Shown here: positions 1 through 9,282 of the stretch, in pieces
Layout of the letters: each line of letters opens with the position of its first letter
How positions within the stretch are numbered: the first letter of the stretch is position 1
NCBI GenBank assembly: GCA_049969555.1
Contig: JBMFOQ010000001.1
Span: forward strand, 1 to 55,254
DNA length: 55,254 bases
Direction of reading: 5' to 3'
From: Minisyncoccia bacterium
GTDB taxonomy: Bacteria > Patescibacteriota > Minisyncoccia > UBA6257
Program-made: the position numbers and the translations under genes
Notes under the pieces: generated by a model
What the model was told of the DNA's origin: nothing
Databases searched by the model: none
Seen by the model: the letters and a program-made list of their open reading frames with translations, nothing else

Positions 1-1262
1 ATTCCCCAGGCTAATCCGTGGGGTCCATATTTTGTTCCCAAGTAAAAACAAAATCCCAGGCCAGAAAGATAAGCAATTAAACTAGAAATAAATGGTCTTT
101 TGGCATCTTTTTTGGCGAAAAATACTTTCAAAAGATAATAATTTAAACTTTGAAAAATCATTGCTAAAGAAAGAATAGATAAAATCTCCATTGTTAAAAC
201 AGTTGCTTTCCAGCCAAACTTTCCATAACCCAAAAGAAATCTAACAATTGGCTCTCGAAAAACGATAATCCAACAAGCAAAAGGAATAATAAAAAGTAAA
301 ATTAAAATAAGGGTTTTTAAATAGTGAAAAATAAATTCCTCTTTCTTCCCTTCTGACTCTAAACGCGACAAATAAGGAAAAGCAGCATCAGCCAAAGGCA
401 AGGCAAAAATTGTATAAGGTAAGATATTATCTACAAAATTAAAAATAGTGATTGTTCCTTCTTCTAATAAAGTGGCAATAGCAGTAATGCCAACTAAAAA
501 CACCTGAGAAAGAACTATGCTTAAAGAACGGGTAAACATTATGGCAAACATTTTCTTTAAACTAAAAATAAAAAGAGAAATTTTAAATCTTTCAAAACGA
601 TAACCTAAAGAGAGTAACGCTGGTAATTGAATAAAAAGATGAAGAAAGGCGCCAAAAATTACGCCGTAAATTAAACCCTTCAAACCAAAAATTGGTGATA
701 AAAACAGAATTCCAAAAATAATTCCGGCATTATAAACAACCGGGGTTAAGGCGGTAATTAAAAAAAGACGAAAACTTCTTAAAATAGAAGAAAAAACAGC
801 AGAAATTCCCAAAAGAAGCGGTTGAATCATCATTATTCTTGTTAAAAGAACGGCTGTTTGTAAATTTTCTTCACTAAAACCAATTAAAATCTTTTTTAAA
901 AGAGGCCGGGCAAAAATTATGATTCCTAAACCGCTAATTATCAAAAAAAAGGAAACTAAAGCAATTACCAAAGAAGAAAATTGCCAGGCTTTTTCTCTTT
1001 CATTAGTTAAATAATCGTTTAAAAGCGGAATAAAAGCCGCAGAAATTGTTCCCACAATAAAAATGTTATAAATTAAATCCGGCAAACGAAAAGTAGCATA
1101 ATAAATATCTAAAGTTGAAGAAGCGCCAAAACGAGAGGCCAATAATGCGTTTCTTACAATTCCTAAAACCGAACTTAATAAAGCAAAACTAACAGTAATT
1201 AATCCTGCTCCTAAAATTGTTTCTGAACGATGATTAAAAATTTTTTTAAAAAGAGGGTTCAT
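1..1262 (-). CDS. murJ: Lipid II flippase MurJ/MviN (partial; C-terminus beyond left window edge)
   Basis: An open minus-strand frame runs off the window edge, so it is absent from the ORF track. Hand translation from the ATG at 1260-1262 gives MNPLFKKIFNHRSETILGAGLITVSFALLSSVLGIVRNALLASRFGASSTLDIYYATFRLP, the conserved MurJ N-terminus. The rest is hydrophobic and multi-pass. Confidence 0.75.
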   Translation of the reverse strand, partial: MNPLFKKIFNHRSETILGAGLITVSFALLSSVLGIVRNALLASRFGASSTLDIYYATFRLPDLIYNIFIVGTISAAFIPLLNDYLTNEREKAWQFSSLVIALVSFFLIISGLGIIIFARPLLKKILIGFSEENLQTAVLLTRIMMIQPLLLGISAVFSSILRSFRLFLITALTPVVYNAGIIFGILFLSPIFGLKGLIYGVIFGAFLHLFIQLPALLSLGYRFERFKISLFIFSLKKMFAIMFTRSLSIVLSQVFLVGITAIATLLEEGTITIFNFVDNILPYTIFALPLADAAFPYLSRLESEGKKEEFIFHYLKTLILILLFIIPFACWIIVFREPIVRFLLGYGKFGWKATVLTMEILSILSLAMIFQSLNYYLLKVFFAKKDAKRPFISSLIAYLSGLGFCFYLGTKYGPHGLAWG

Positions 1263-2991
1263 TTTTCTCAATAGTAACTTTAATATTTAAGTCTTTATCA
1301 AGCGGAATCCATTTGCCGAATGGAAAAAGAGTTGACCCTAATTTTAAATTATCCGGTAAAACAAATTTATATAAAAAATTAATATTTTGCCCACTTTGTT
1401 TCAAAATTTTAACGGAGAACTGTTCTCCGGCAGTTTTTAATACTTTAGGTAAAGCGTATTTCAAAACAAAAGGACTTTGTCCTAAATAAGCAAAACCGCC
1501 AGCAACTAACTTTCCGTTTTCTTTGTATAAAGTTAGACCAGTATCATTAAATTTTATCTGATTTTCTTCAGCTAGTGTCAGATCTTCATCTTTAATATAA
1601 TTTAATTTTTGATAATAAGCGGATAAATCTTCTTTATCTAATTGAACCAATCCCCTTGCCTCAAGTACTTCTATATCTTCTGGAAGATAAATTTTAAGAT
1701 AACTTAACATTTTTCTTTCTTGCGGATTTTTTGCTTCGGCATTAACAGTAATCTGATTAATAAATTGATTCTCATTTGAAATTTCGGTCTTTAAGATAAC
1801 TCTTTTTGGCCGACTATCTTCTTGAAATTCTTTCTCCAAATAACTAAAATTAACGCCAATAAAATTATCGCTCGCTTTTTCTTTATCAGAATTCGATTGA
1901 AAAATTTGAGATTGATTTAAATTTTCGTCTCTGAAATAAAGCTGAATGTCTTTCTGAGAAAGAAAATTACTAAATTGTTCTGATAAATTAATCAGTTCTT
2001 CAGAATTAATTCCCTTTAATTTTTCAAAAAGAGCGCTAAAAAACTTATCTAAAACAAGCGGTTTTTCCCTTAAAGGACCCGGCTTCATCCCTGCTTCCAA
2101 TTGTTCTTTTAAAAAGTAGTTAAAATTATTAGCAGTAATTACCAAAGGATAGTTTTCTATCTTTACTTCTCCTATTGGTTCTAAAATTTGGGCCACCACT
2201 TCTGGATTTATAATAATCACTCCATCTAATTTTAGCGAAAGAATACCTTGGGCATTTTCTAAAATCTTTTTCCCGGTTAAATTAAAATCATAAAACCAGT
2301 TAAGATCGTGAAAAAACCACTGATTGGCAATTATCTCTAATGGCTCTGGGGGAATAATCTTTTTCGTAAAAAAATTATCTAAATCTATAATATGATCACC
2401 AACAAAAGAAATTTTGCCCTTATCAAAACTCAATATTCCATAAGCAGCCAAAAATCCACCACTGGGTCTTGGGATTAACGGGTACTGAATTAAAACCAAA
2501 TAATTTTTCTTTTCTTTATCTCCTAAAAATTCTACAAGAGAGTTTATATTTTGCTGATATTGATTTATCGGTAAAATATCTAAATTTTTTATCGTTTCAA
2601 GTTTTATGGCTAAATTTTTTAAACAATCAAGACTATTTTCTTTTTGATTTAAACCATCACTAATAAATTTAAATTCCAAAAAACAATCTAAATTATCAAT
2701 AATCTCATTTAAATTTTCTTTTAAAACTACATCATCTTTAATTTTTGGAATAAGATAAATAAACTGTTCTAATTTTTGTTTTGTTTTAAAAAAATTCTCT
2801 TTTGCTTCTTTTAATTTACTTAAAGCTTCTAAACGAGAATTAAATTCATCACCCAATCTCTCATTTTTAAAAATTTCAATAACTTTCTGATTACTATATT
2901 TTAAATTGGTAAGATAATCGCCTAAATAAAAAATACCCCCTAAAATTAATAGGCAAAAAATCAAAAGTAAAACTATTTTAATAATCCGCAT
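1246..2991 (-). CDS. Membrane-anchored envelope protein, DUF4012-like
   Basis: 581-aa ORF with an N-terminal TM helix (IVLLLIFCLLILGGIFYL). The segment PRPSGGFLAAYGILSFDKGKI resembles the GGxxGxYG core I recall for DUF4012 proteins. It overlaps the murJ start by 17 nt. Confidence 0.55.
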   Translation of the reverse strand: MRIIKIVLLLIFCLLILGGIFYLGDYLTNLKYSNQKVIEIFKNERLGDEFNSRLEALSKLKEAKENFFKTKQKLEQFIYLIPKIKDDVVLKENLNEIIDNLDCFLEFKFISDGLNQKENSLDCLKNLAIKLETIKNLDILPINQYQQNINSLVEFLGDKEKKNYLVLIQYPLIPRPSGGFLAAYGILSFDKGKISFVGDHIIDLDNFFTKKIIPPEPLEIIANQWFFHDLNWFYDFNLTGKKILENAQGILSLKLDGVIIINPEVVAQILEPIGEVKIENYPLVITANNFNYFLKEQLEAGMKPGPLREKPLVLDKFFSALFEKLKGINSEELINLSEQFSNFLSQKDIQLYFRDENLNQSQIFQSNSDKEKASDNFIGVNFSYLEKEFQEDSRPKRVILKTEISNENQFINQITVNAEAKNPQERKMLSYLKIYLPEDIEVLEARGLVQLDKEDLSAYYQKLNYIKDEDLTLAEENQIKFNDTGLTLYKENGKLVAGGFAYLGQSPFVLKYALPKVLKTAGEQFSVKILKQSGQNINFLYKFVLPDNLKLGSTLFPFGKWIPLDKDLNIKVTIEKNEPSF

Positions 2992-3062
2992 TTTACTTTT
3001 TCTTCCTTATTATCTTACTATTATTTTTAGAATTATGCAATTTTTAAACGAAATTTTAATTT

Positions 3063-3091
3063 TTGCTTTCTTTTAAAAATTATGTTATAAT
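3063..3091 (+). promoter_or_regulatory. Sigma70-like promoter for rnpB (TTGCTT-17-TGtTATAAT, extended -10)
   Basis: ttgctt at 3063-3068, a 17-nt spacer ending in TGt, and TATAAT at 3086-3091. This lies about 7 nt upstream of the predicted first paired nucleotide of RNase P RNA. Confidence 0.5.
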
Positions 3092-3097
3092 ATAAAA

Positions 3098-3501
3098 GGT
3101 TTTGTTGGGTAGTCGCTGGATATTTTAAAAACTATCCAGAGGAAAGTCCGAACAGCCCTCTGTGTTTTAACAGAGAAAAAGGCAGTGGTTAAAAGCCACC
3201 CTTTTAAATCTCAAAACTCTTTATTGGCAACAATAAAGAGTGATGATTTAAGAGAGAGGTGCGAACAGAGACGTCTTTAACCGAAAGGTTAAAGAACCCT
3301 GTAATTTATTTACAGGGTAGCCCTAAAAGCAATTTTAGGGGTGAAACGGCTAAATCCTTGCTGGCTGCAAGAGTCGTGCCAAAATATATTTGGAGTGCTC
3401 GCTTGACGCTAATGGAAACATCAGCGCTAGAGAAATGACTACCTCCTTCCATCTTTTTCAAAAAGATAGAAGTAGACAGAATTCGGCTTACAAACAAAAC
3501 C
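3098..3501 (+). ncRNA. rnpB: RNase P RNA, bacterial type A
   Basis: The universal P4 strands are present: GAGGAAAGTCCGAAC (about 3140) and ACAGAATTCGGCTTA (about 3476-3490). The P1 ends pair (GGTTTTGTTGG with CAAACAAAACC). The GGTGAAACGGC and AGAGAAATGACTACC motifs are present. The block is GC-enriched relative to its flanks. Confidence 0.9.
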
Positions 3502-3515
3502 CAAAAATTTTAATC

Positions 3516-3545
3516 AAAAATCCCGGTTAACGCCGGGGTTTTTGA
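3516..3545. terminator. Bidirectional hairpin terminator between convergent rnpB and the UPRT-like gene
   Basis: AAAAAtCCCGGttaacgCCGGGgTTTTT: a 5-bp GC stem flanked by an A-run and a T-run. It overlaps the stop codon (3527-3529) of the minus-strand gene. Confidence 0.5.
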
Positions 3546-4630
3546 TTATTAATTTCATTTTTAAGATTATCTATCTCATTTTCAAAAATCTCTTTATGCC
3601 ACTGTTTAAACCAACTTTGGTTTTTAGATATTTCATAAAGATTTTGAATAAACTTTAAACTATTTTGAAGATGCTTTAATATATCCCCTTTTTCCATTCC
3701 TAAACCAGTATCTACAAAAGATTGTCTTGCTGACCAATCGCCAGGCTGGTCTGCTCCCGGGGGAAATATTGTAAGGTAATCTTGTAAAATCTCTTGTGGA
3801 ATTACTCCGCCGATTTTTCTTATCTCCCCTGTTTCTCTAAAATAGGCTTCATCAATTCCATAAAGTGGCATATCATAACCGTTTTTATATAAAGCAGTTA
3901 AATTTCCCCAGGCTAAAATTTTTATTTTAAAACTATATTTTTCTTCTAAACTTTGTAAAAGGCCGAGTGAAGGAACAGAAATAAACCCAGTGAAAATTAT
4001 TTCTTTAATTTTAACATTCTTCTTTTTTGCATTTTCCATTAATTTTTCAATTGCCATCCTAGAAGTACCGCCAGTTGCTTCGGTATCAGGCTTAATGATA
4101 ATAAATTCTTGATTATTTTTTAAATTTTCAAAATTTTCATAAATAACTTCTAACTGGCCACTGGTACCGTTATGATGGCGATAGGAAGGCAATTTATACC
4201 GCGGACGAATTCTGATTTTTGGTAAATAAATTCCCGACTTTTCTAATCCTTCATTTACTCGATAACCCGGCCCTGCCCTTAAAACATCATAAACCAAAGT
4301 TTTACTCAAATCTATCGGCCATAATCTTTGAATAGCCAAAGCAACTACCTCGCCCACTTTCAAACATCTTTTATCCAACTCTTCGCCAACTAAATGAGAA
4401 AAAGAAGCAATCTCGGCTATTTCTTTTAGATAAATAATATAAATTTCTTCTGGATATTTTTGATTTTTATACAAAGGATTTTTAATTTTAGAAGAATCTA
4501 CTTTGAATAATCTTGCGTTGAAATTATTTTTAAAAGCCACCTCTTGGGTGGCTAAAGTGTCGAGATTAAACTCGCTTATCGTTTCTATAATTTCAGTTTG
4601 GGCAATAGACGGCTTGGGGAGAGTTGTCAT
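3527..4630 (-). CDS. Divergent type I phosphoribosyltransferase, UPRT-like, with N- and C-terminal extensions
   Basis: 367 aa. VLRAGPGY, the PRPP loop IIIKPDTEATGGTSRMAI and IFPPGADQPGDWSARQ align in order with UPRT motifs (RAGLG, DPMLATGGS, PGLGDAGDR). About 110 aa at the N-terminus and a coiled C-terminal tail have no UPRT counterpart. Confidence 0.5.
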   Translation of the reverse strand: MTTLPKPSIAQTEIIETISEFNLDTLATQEVAFKNNFNARLFKVDSSKIKNPLYKNQKYPEEIYIIYLKEIAEIASFSHLVGEELDKRCLKVGEVVALAIQRLWPIDLSKTLVYDVLRAGPGYRVNEGLEKSGIYLPKIRIRPRYKLPSYRHHNGTSGQLEVIYENFENLKNNQEFIIIKPDTEATGGTSRMAIEKLMENAKKKNVKIKEIIFTGFISVPSLGLLQSLEEKYSFKIKILAWGNLTALYKNGYDMPLYGIDEAYFRETGEIRKIGGVIPQEILQDYLTIFPPGADQPGDWSARQSFVDTGLGMEKGDILKHLQNSLKFIQNLYEISKNQSWFKQWHKEIFENEIDNLKNEINNQKPRR

Positions 4631-4672
4631 AGGTTATTTCATATTATTTATCTAGTTAGTCATTTTAGCGCC

Positions 4673-5125
4673 TTAAAATAATTTGTCAAGCGAGGCTTTA
4701 TCTAAACACTGGTTAACCAATCTATCAGCGCGCTTATTTTTTTCTCTTTCAATATGAACAAACTTCAAATTAGGAAAATCGAATTTTAAATTCCAAACTT
4801 CAATAAAAAGAGGCATTAATTCTTTTTCTAAAATTTTATATTTTCCATTAAGTTGATTAACAACTAAATCAGAATCAGAATAAACAATTACTTCTGTATT
4901 TTTTAGTTTTTCTTTGCCCAGTAAATGTCTGGTTTTTTTTAAGGCAAAAATAATTGCTTTATATTCGGCAGTATTATTGGTTTCTTCGCCAATAAATTCT
5001 GCATATTCTTTTTCATTAATAATAAACCCTACAGCTGCGGGGCCGGGATTTCCTCTGCTTCCGCCATCAACATAAATTTCTAATTTATTCATAAAAATAT
5101 TTATTGAATTATTTTCCAAGGCCAA
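4673..5125 (-). CDS. rnhA: Ribonuclease HI
   Basis: YVDGGSRGNPGPAAVGF, TNNTAEYKAIIFAL, YSDSDLVVNQLNG and NKRADRLVNQ are present. A likelier start is MNKLEIYVDGG at 5092, which would remove the 25-nt overlap with the upstream gene. Confidence 0.8.
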   Translation of the reverse strand: MALENNSINIFMNKLEIYVDGGSRGNPGPAAVGFIINEKEYAEFIGEETNNTAEYKAIIFALKKTRHLLGKEKLKNTEVIVYSDSDLVVNQLNGKYKILEKELMPLFIEVWNLKFDFPNLKFVHIEREKNKRADRLVNQCLDKASLDKLF

Positions 5126-5931
5126 TCTGCTTTTAAGGGCAAAAGAAAACTAGCAGCGCCTCTATGACCTCCACCGCCATACTTTTCAGCAATTTTTGAA
5201 ACATCAACTGTTCCATCTGAACGTAAAGAAATTGTTTTCTTTTTTCCCTTAACAGACCAAATAAGAGCAAAAGGAGGATATTTTTTAACCAACTCATTGC
5301 CGACCTCAGATATTAAAACAGAAGAATTAACTGCCTTTACTTTATATTTTTCAAACTCAACTAAGACCGCTTTTGAAACTATATCTTTAATTAGATATTG
5401 CTGATACTCAAGCATTTGCTTTCCTTTTTTTATTAACTCTTTAAACTTCAAAGGTTTTTCTAAATCTTTTATAAACTTATACCATTTTTCAAAGTTATTT
5501 TCTAATAAATCTATTACAATGTTTATTTCTCGACTATGGGATAGTTTAAACCTCCATAAATCTTGGTCCTCTATATATTTTAATAACTTTGGCACTTTTT
5601 TATTTCTAAAAAAATATTTAAAAGTTAAAATCGCCGCCGAATGCTTAATATCAAATATAAACTCATCTACTAAATTTTTTAATTTCAAAGAGGAAAGGTG
5701 ATGGTCTATTAAAATTATTTTATTATTATTCTTTTTTAAAATTTTTACCTTTTCGGGGTTTAAAGAAACATCTAAAAAATAGATAGTTTTATTAAAAAAG
5801 TCTAAAGGAAAATCATTAAGATAATCAAACCCCAAATAAGTGGCTTTATTTTTGAATTTTAACCAAGCGCTCCAGCAGGCGCCAAATCCATCAGCATCTG
5901 TTTTATGATAAATAACAAAAATCTCTGACAT
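5101..5931 (-). CDS. DHH/DHHA1 family phosphoesterase (NrnA-like nanoRNase/pAp phosphatase)
   Basis: HKTDADGFGA (DHH motif I), LIDHH (motif III) and the C-terminal GGGGHRGAASF (DHHA1). Confidence 0.7.
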   Translation of the reverse strand: MSEIFVIYHKTDADGFGACWSAWLKFKNKATYLGFDYLNDFPLDFFNKTIYFLDVSLNPEKVKILKKNNNKIILIDHHLSSLKLKNLVDEFIFDIKHSAAILTFKYFFRNKKVPKLLKYIEDQDLWRFKLSHSREINIVIDLLENNFEKWYKFIKDLEKPLKFKELIKKGKQMLEYQQYLIKDIVSKAVLVEFEKYKVKAVNSSVLISEVGNELVKKYPPFALIWSVKGKKKTISLRSDGTVDVSKIAEKYGGGGHRGAASFLLPLKADWPWKIIQ

Positions 5932-5956
5932 AAAAAAGATTTAAAATAATTCTCAA

Positions 5957-7129
5957 TTAATTTAATACTTCTAAGGCCGGAAGTTTTTCTCCGGCAAGAT
6001 ATTTAAGCATCGCTCCGCCACCAGTGGAAAGAAAAACTGAATTAGAGAAAGAAAATTTAAAATTAATAATTTTTAAACTTTTTAGAGTGTCACCGCCGCC
6101 AATAATTGCTTTGCCAACTTTTTTTTCAATAATCCCTTCTAAAATTTTTAAAGTTCCTTCTTGAAATCTTTCATCTTCGATTTTTCCCATTGGACCATTG
6201 AAAAAAACAAGTTCTGTTTCTTTTATTATTCTTTTATAAAATTCTGCTGCTACTTTTCCAATATCTACAATAATATCATTTGTCTTAACAGCGGCAAAAT
6301 CTCTAATTTTTCTCTCTCCTTTTTTATCCAAAACATATAAATCCCCAGGCAAAATCAACTCTGCTTTTTTTGAACCTAAATTTCTTGCTTTTTCAATCAT
6401 TTTTTCTTCTATTACTGACTTCCCTATTTCAAAGCCCCAGCCTTTTAAAAATGTATTTGCCATTACTCCGCCAAGTAAAATATACTTTGCTCTATCTAAA
6501 AACTTTTCTATTAATGGTAATTTATCTTCTACCTTTGCTCCGCCTAAAATCAAAACCAAAGAATTTGATTTAGCTTCTAAATATTCATTTAGATTTTTTA
6601 TTTCTTCTTCTAGTAAAAACCCTGCATAAGACGGGAGAAACTCAGTAATTTTAACAAGTGAGGCTGCTTTTCGGTGGCTAACAGAAAAAGCCTCATTAAT
6701 ATAGATATCTCCTAATTTTGCTAATTCTTTAGCAAATTCTTCATCATTTTCCTCTTCCTCTTTAAAAAACCGAATATTTTCTAAAAGGACAATTTCTCCC
6801 TTTTCAAATTTTTTAATTGCTTGTTTAATCTCTTTATAATCTTTTAAAGATATAAAATGAATCTTCTCTTTTAATTTTTCTTGTAAATATTTGGCAACTG
6901 GCTCTAAACTAAATTCTTTACTAAAAAAATCTTCTAATTTCGGCTGACCTAAATGAGAAATTATAACAATTCTTTTTGCGCCATTTTCTTTTAAAAATTT
7001 GATTGTCGGCAAAGTTTTTTGAATCCTAAAATCATCAACAATTTTTCCTTCTTTATCTATCTCCACATTAAAATCAACTCTTATTAAAACTTTTTTATTT
7101 TTTATAACCTCCGGCGTTAAATAATTCAT
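5957..7129 (-). CDS. pgk: Phosphoglycerate kinase
   Basis: 390 aa with RVDFNV, SHLGQP, FNGPMG and STGGGA motifs across the full PGK length. Confidence 0.95.
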   Translation of the reverse strand: MNYLTPEVIKNKKVLIRVDFNVEIDKEGKIVDDFRIQKTLPTIKFLKENGAKRIVIISHLGQPKLEDFFSKEFSLEPVAKYLQEKLKEKIHFISLKDYKEIKQAIKKFEKGEIVLLENIRFFKEEEENDEEFAKELAKLGDIYINEAFSVSHRKAASLVKITEFLPSYAGFLLEEEIKNLNEYLEAKSNSLVLILGGAKVEDKLPLIEKFLDRAKYILLGGVMANTFLKGWGFEIGKSVIEEKMIEKARNLGSKKAELILPGDLYVLDKKGERKIRDFAAVKTNDIIVDIGKVAAEFYKRIIKETELVFFNGPMGKIEDERFQEGTLKILEGIIEKKVGKAIIGGGDTLKSLKIINFKFSFSNSVFLSTGGGAMLKYLAGEKLPALEVLN

Positions 7130-7184
7130 ATAATTTATTACCCCTTAAATTATAGCACACTTTACTTTAAAAATAAAAAGAATA

Positions 7185-7221
7185 AAAAAGAATAAAAAAG
7201 GAGAGGTTATTTTACCTCTCC
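7185..7221 (-). terminator. Intrinsic terminator after the SIMPL-domain gene
   Basis: The minus-strand RNA reads GGAGAGGUaaaauaACCUCUCC followed by UUUUUUAUUCUUUUUUAUUC. Confidence 0.6.
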
Positions 7222-7267
7222 TCAGGTCTTAAATAATTTTCCCTAAATTTTCTTAGGAACGCCTATT

Positions 7268-8050
7268 TTATTTTATTTCATAACTCACACTTAAAGTAAC
7301 ATTTATTTCTTTTAGTCCCGGCTCGAGGGAGGCGGATGATGTTTCCTCAGGGGGTAGAGGAGACGCTTCTAAACTTTTAGCTACTCGATATACTGGCGGA
7401 TAAATCCCTGATTCAGAAATATTTATAATCTTTCCTAATTTTACTGAGGTTTTTTGGGAAATTAATTTGGCTCTTTTTTCTATTTTGTTTAAGGCCTCTA
7501 TTCTTGCTAAATTTTTGTAATCTTCTATATCATCAACTTCAAAACTAATGTTTGAAATTTGATTAGCCCCTTTTTCTGTTAAACCGCCAATAATTTCATT
7601 TATTTTATCAAAGTCTCTAATTTTTACTTCTACTGTTTGGTTCAATTCATAACCTACTATTTTTGGCGGGCATTGACGATTATCAGATTTATCCTTTAAA
7701 CACCAAGTATAATCATATCGTGGATTAAGAGAATAATTAATTGTCTTAATATCTTCGTTTTTTATTCCTTCTTTTTTAATAAAATCAATCAAACCAGCCA
7801 TTTTTTGGTCGTTTTCTGATTGCACTATCTCGGCTTTTTCTCCTTGGGTAATAACGGAAAAAGTTATTTTAGCAATATCGGGTTTAGCAAAAACTTTTCC
7901 TTCAGCCGAAAAAGTAATAATTCTTTCGGGGTTAACTATGTTTTGGGCTTGCCGATAATTTAAATAAGCCCAACTTAAGATTCCCAAGGCAACAATAATT
8001 GCTAAAAATTTAATTGTTTTACCCAAAATGATTTCAAATGATTTCTCCAT
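7268..8050 (-). CDS. SIMPL/DUF541 domain protein (YggE-like), membrane anchored
   Basis: 260 aa with an N-terminal TM segment. The layout is typical of SIMPL proteins, ending in LEPGLKEINVTLSVSYEI. Confidence 0.65.
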   Translation of the reverse strand: MEKSFEIILGKTIKFLAIIVALGILSWAYLNYRQAQNIVNPERIITFSAEGKVFAKPDIAKITFSVITQGEKAEIVQSENDQKMAGLIDFIKKEGIKNEDIKTINYSLNPRYDYTWCLKDKSDNRQCPPKIVGYELNQTVEVKIRDFDKINEIIGGLTEKGANQISNISFEVDDIEDYKNLARIEALNKIEKRAKLISQKTSVKLGKIINISESGIYPPVYRVAKSLEASPLPPEETSSASLEPGLKEINVTLSVSYEIK

Positions 8051-8066
8051 ATTATTAATTTAAAAT

Positions 8067-8819
8067 TTAAAATTTAAAATTTAGGATTTTTTCTAATTCT
8101 TTTTTGTTAGTTGAGGCGCTTCCGACCAAAACGCCATCAATATTTTTTAAGGAAAGAAATTGCTTTAAGTTGCTGCTTTTCACTGACCCGCCATAAAGAA
8201 GAGGAAGAGAATCAGCAATTGAATCTACGAATCTTCTCTCGAGCCAAAACCTTATAAGATTTATTACTTTTTCTGCCTCTAATGGGTCTTCTGGGGTTCC
8301 TTTTCCAATAGCCCAAATCGGTTCATAAGCAATCATAATTGATTTTTTCTTTTCTAATTTTATTCCTTTAAAAGCTTCGTTTAATTGGTCAAAAATGATC
8401 TTTTTTAGATAAAAATCAGTTCCTTTTCCTTTTTTTCTTTCTTTTTCCCCAATACATAAAATTGGGACAATGTTATTTGTTAGACAGGCTTTGATTTTTA
8501 AGTTAATCTGAGATAAAGATTCATTAAGATATATCCTTCTTTCTGAATGGCCAATAATTGCGTAATCAACACCCATTAATTTTAACATCTTTGGAGAAAT
8601 TTCGCCAGTCATAAAAAAACGATTATGCCAAAAGACATTTTGACTGGCCAATTTAATTTTATTTTTAAAAACTTTCTTTGCTTTTTCTAAATAAATATAG
8701 GGCGGAGCAACAATTAATTCAAATGATGGTCTAAATTTTTTAATAACTTCAAAAAGAGTCTGTGCTTCTTTTAAAGAAGAAGGATTCATTTTCCAATTTA
8801 AAACAACTATTTTCTTCAT
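8067..8819 (-). CDS. tpiA: Triosephosphate isomerase
   Basis: NWKMN, IGHSERR, AYEPIWAIGKG and GGSV motifs are present. Confidence 0.92.
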   Translation of the reverse strand: MKKIVVLNWKMNPSSLKEAQTLFEVIKKFRPSFELIVAPPYIYLEKAKKVFKNKIKLASQNVFWHNRFFMTGEISPKMLKLMGVDYAIIGHSERRIYLNESLSQINLKIKACLTNNIVPILCIGEKERKKGKGTDFYLKKIIFDQLNEAFKGIKLEKKKSIMIAYEPIWAIGKGTPEDPLEAEKVINLIRFWLERRFVDSIADSLPLLYGGSVKSSNLKQFLSLKNIDGVLVGSASTNKKELEKILNFKF

Positions 8820-8823
8820 AATT

Positions 8824-9282
8824 CTATTTTAAAATATTAATCCCTAAGTTTGTAAACAAAAGCACAATTATTCCGGCTATTAATACCCCTAAGGTAATTA
8901 AGCCAAAGGCTTCCTTTTTCTTAATCCCAAAAAGAAAAGAGGCAATTGTTCCTGTCCAAGCGCCAGTAAAAGGAAAAGGAATAGCAACAAAAATCACTAA
9001 AGCTATTTTCCCCCATTTTAAATAACTACCTTTGAATTTTTTTCTTGTCTTTTCAAATAACCAATCAAAAAATTTCTGAAAAAAGACTGATTTTTTAATA
9101 AGAAAATTGGAAAACTTTTCCAGAAAAATAAGCAAGGGAATAATAGGCAAGATATTTCCCAAAAAACTTAAAAAAATTGCCTTTTCAATTGAAAAACCAA
9201 AAAACCCCATTGCCAAAGGAATTGCTCCTCTTAATTCTAAAATTGGCGAAGCAGCCGTAATTATTACTATCAATTCTTTCAT
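8824..9282 (-). CDS. Small multidrug-export-family membrane protein (COG2426-like)
   Basis: 152 aa, four TM segments, with SPILELRGAIPLA and FVAIPFPFTGAWTG motifs characteristic of this family. Confidence 0.6.
   Translation of the reverse strand: MKELIVIITAASPILELRGAIPLAMGFFGFSIEKAIFLSFLGNILPIIPLLIFLEKFSNFLIKKSVFFQKFFDWLFEKTRKKFKGSYLKWGKIALVIFVAIPFPFTGAWTGTIASFLFGIKKKEAFGLITLGVLIAGIIVLLFTNLGINILK

Noticed and set aside
3306-3497. 63-aa minus-strand ORF.
   Set aside because: It lies wholly inside the RNase P RNA gene on the opposite strand. It is an artefact of the GC-richer RNA sequence.
4673-5125. The 25-nt overlap between the DHH phosphoesterase and rnhA as a programmed feature.
   Set aside because: It is more likely an over-extended ORF start. 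The conserved RNase HI N-terminus begins at the internal Met (MNKLEIYVDGG, start at 5092), which removes the overlap.
6651-6663. An extra CAAGTGAGG match inside pgk as a further member of the CTCACTTG repeat family.
   Set aside because: It is a single half-site within coding sequence with no partner arm, which is consistent with chance.
8051-8066. AT-rich tandem strings such as aaatttaaaatttaaaattt (also around 16930-16965 and 26350-26394) as possible CRISPR or satellite repeats.
   Set aside because: They are very short (under 40 nt), have no spacer-repeat periodicity, and occur as ordinary intergenic linkers. No CRISPR array is present in the window.
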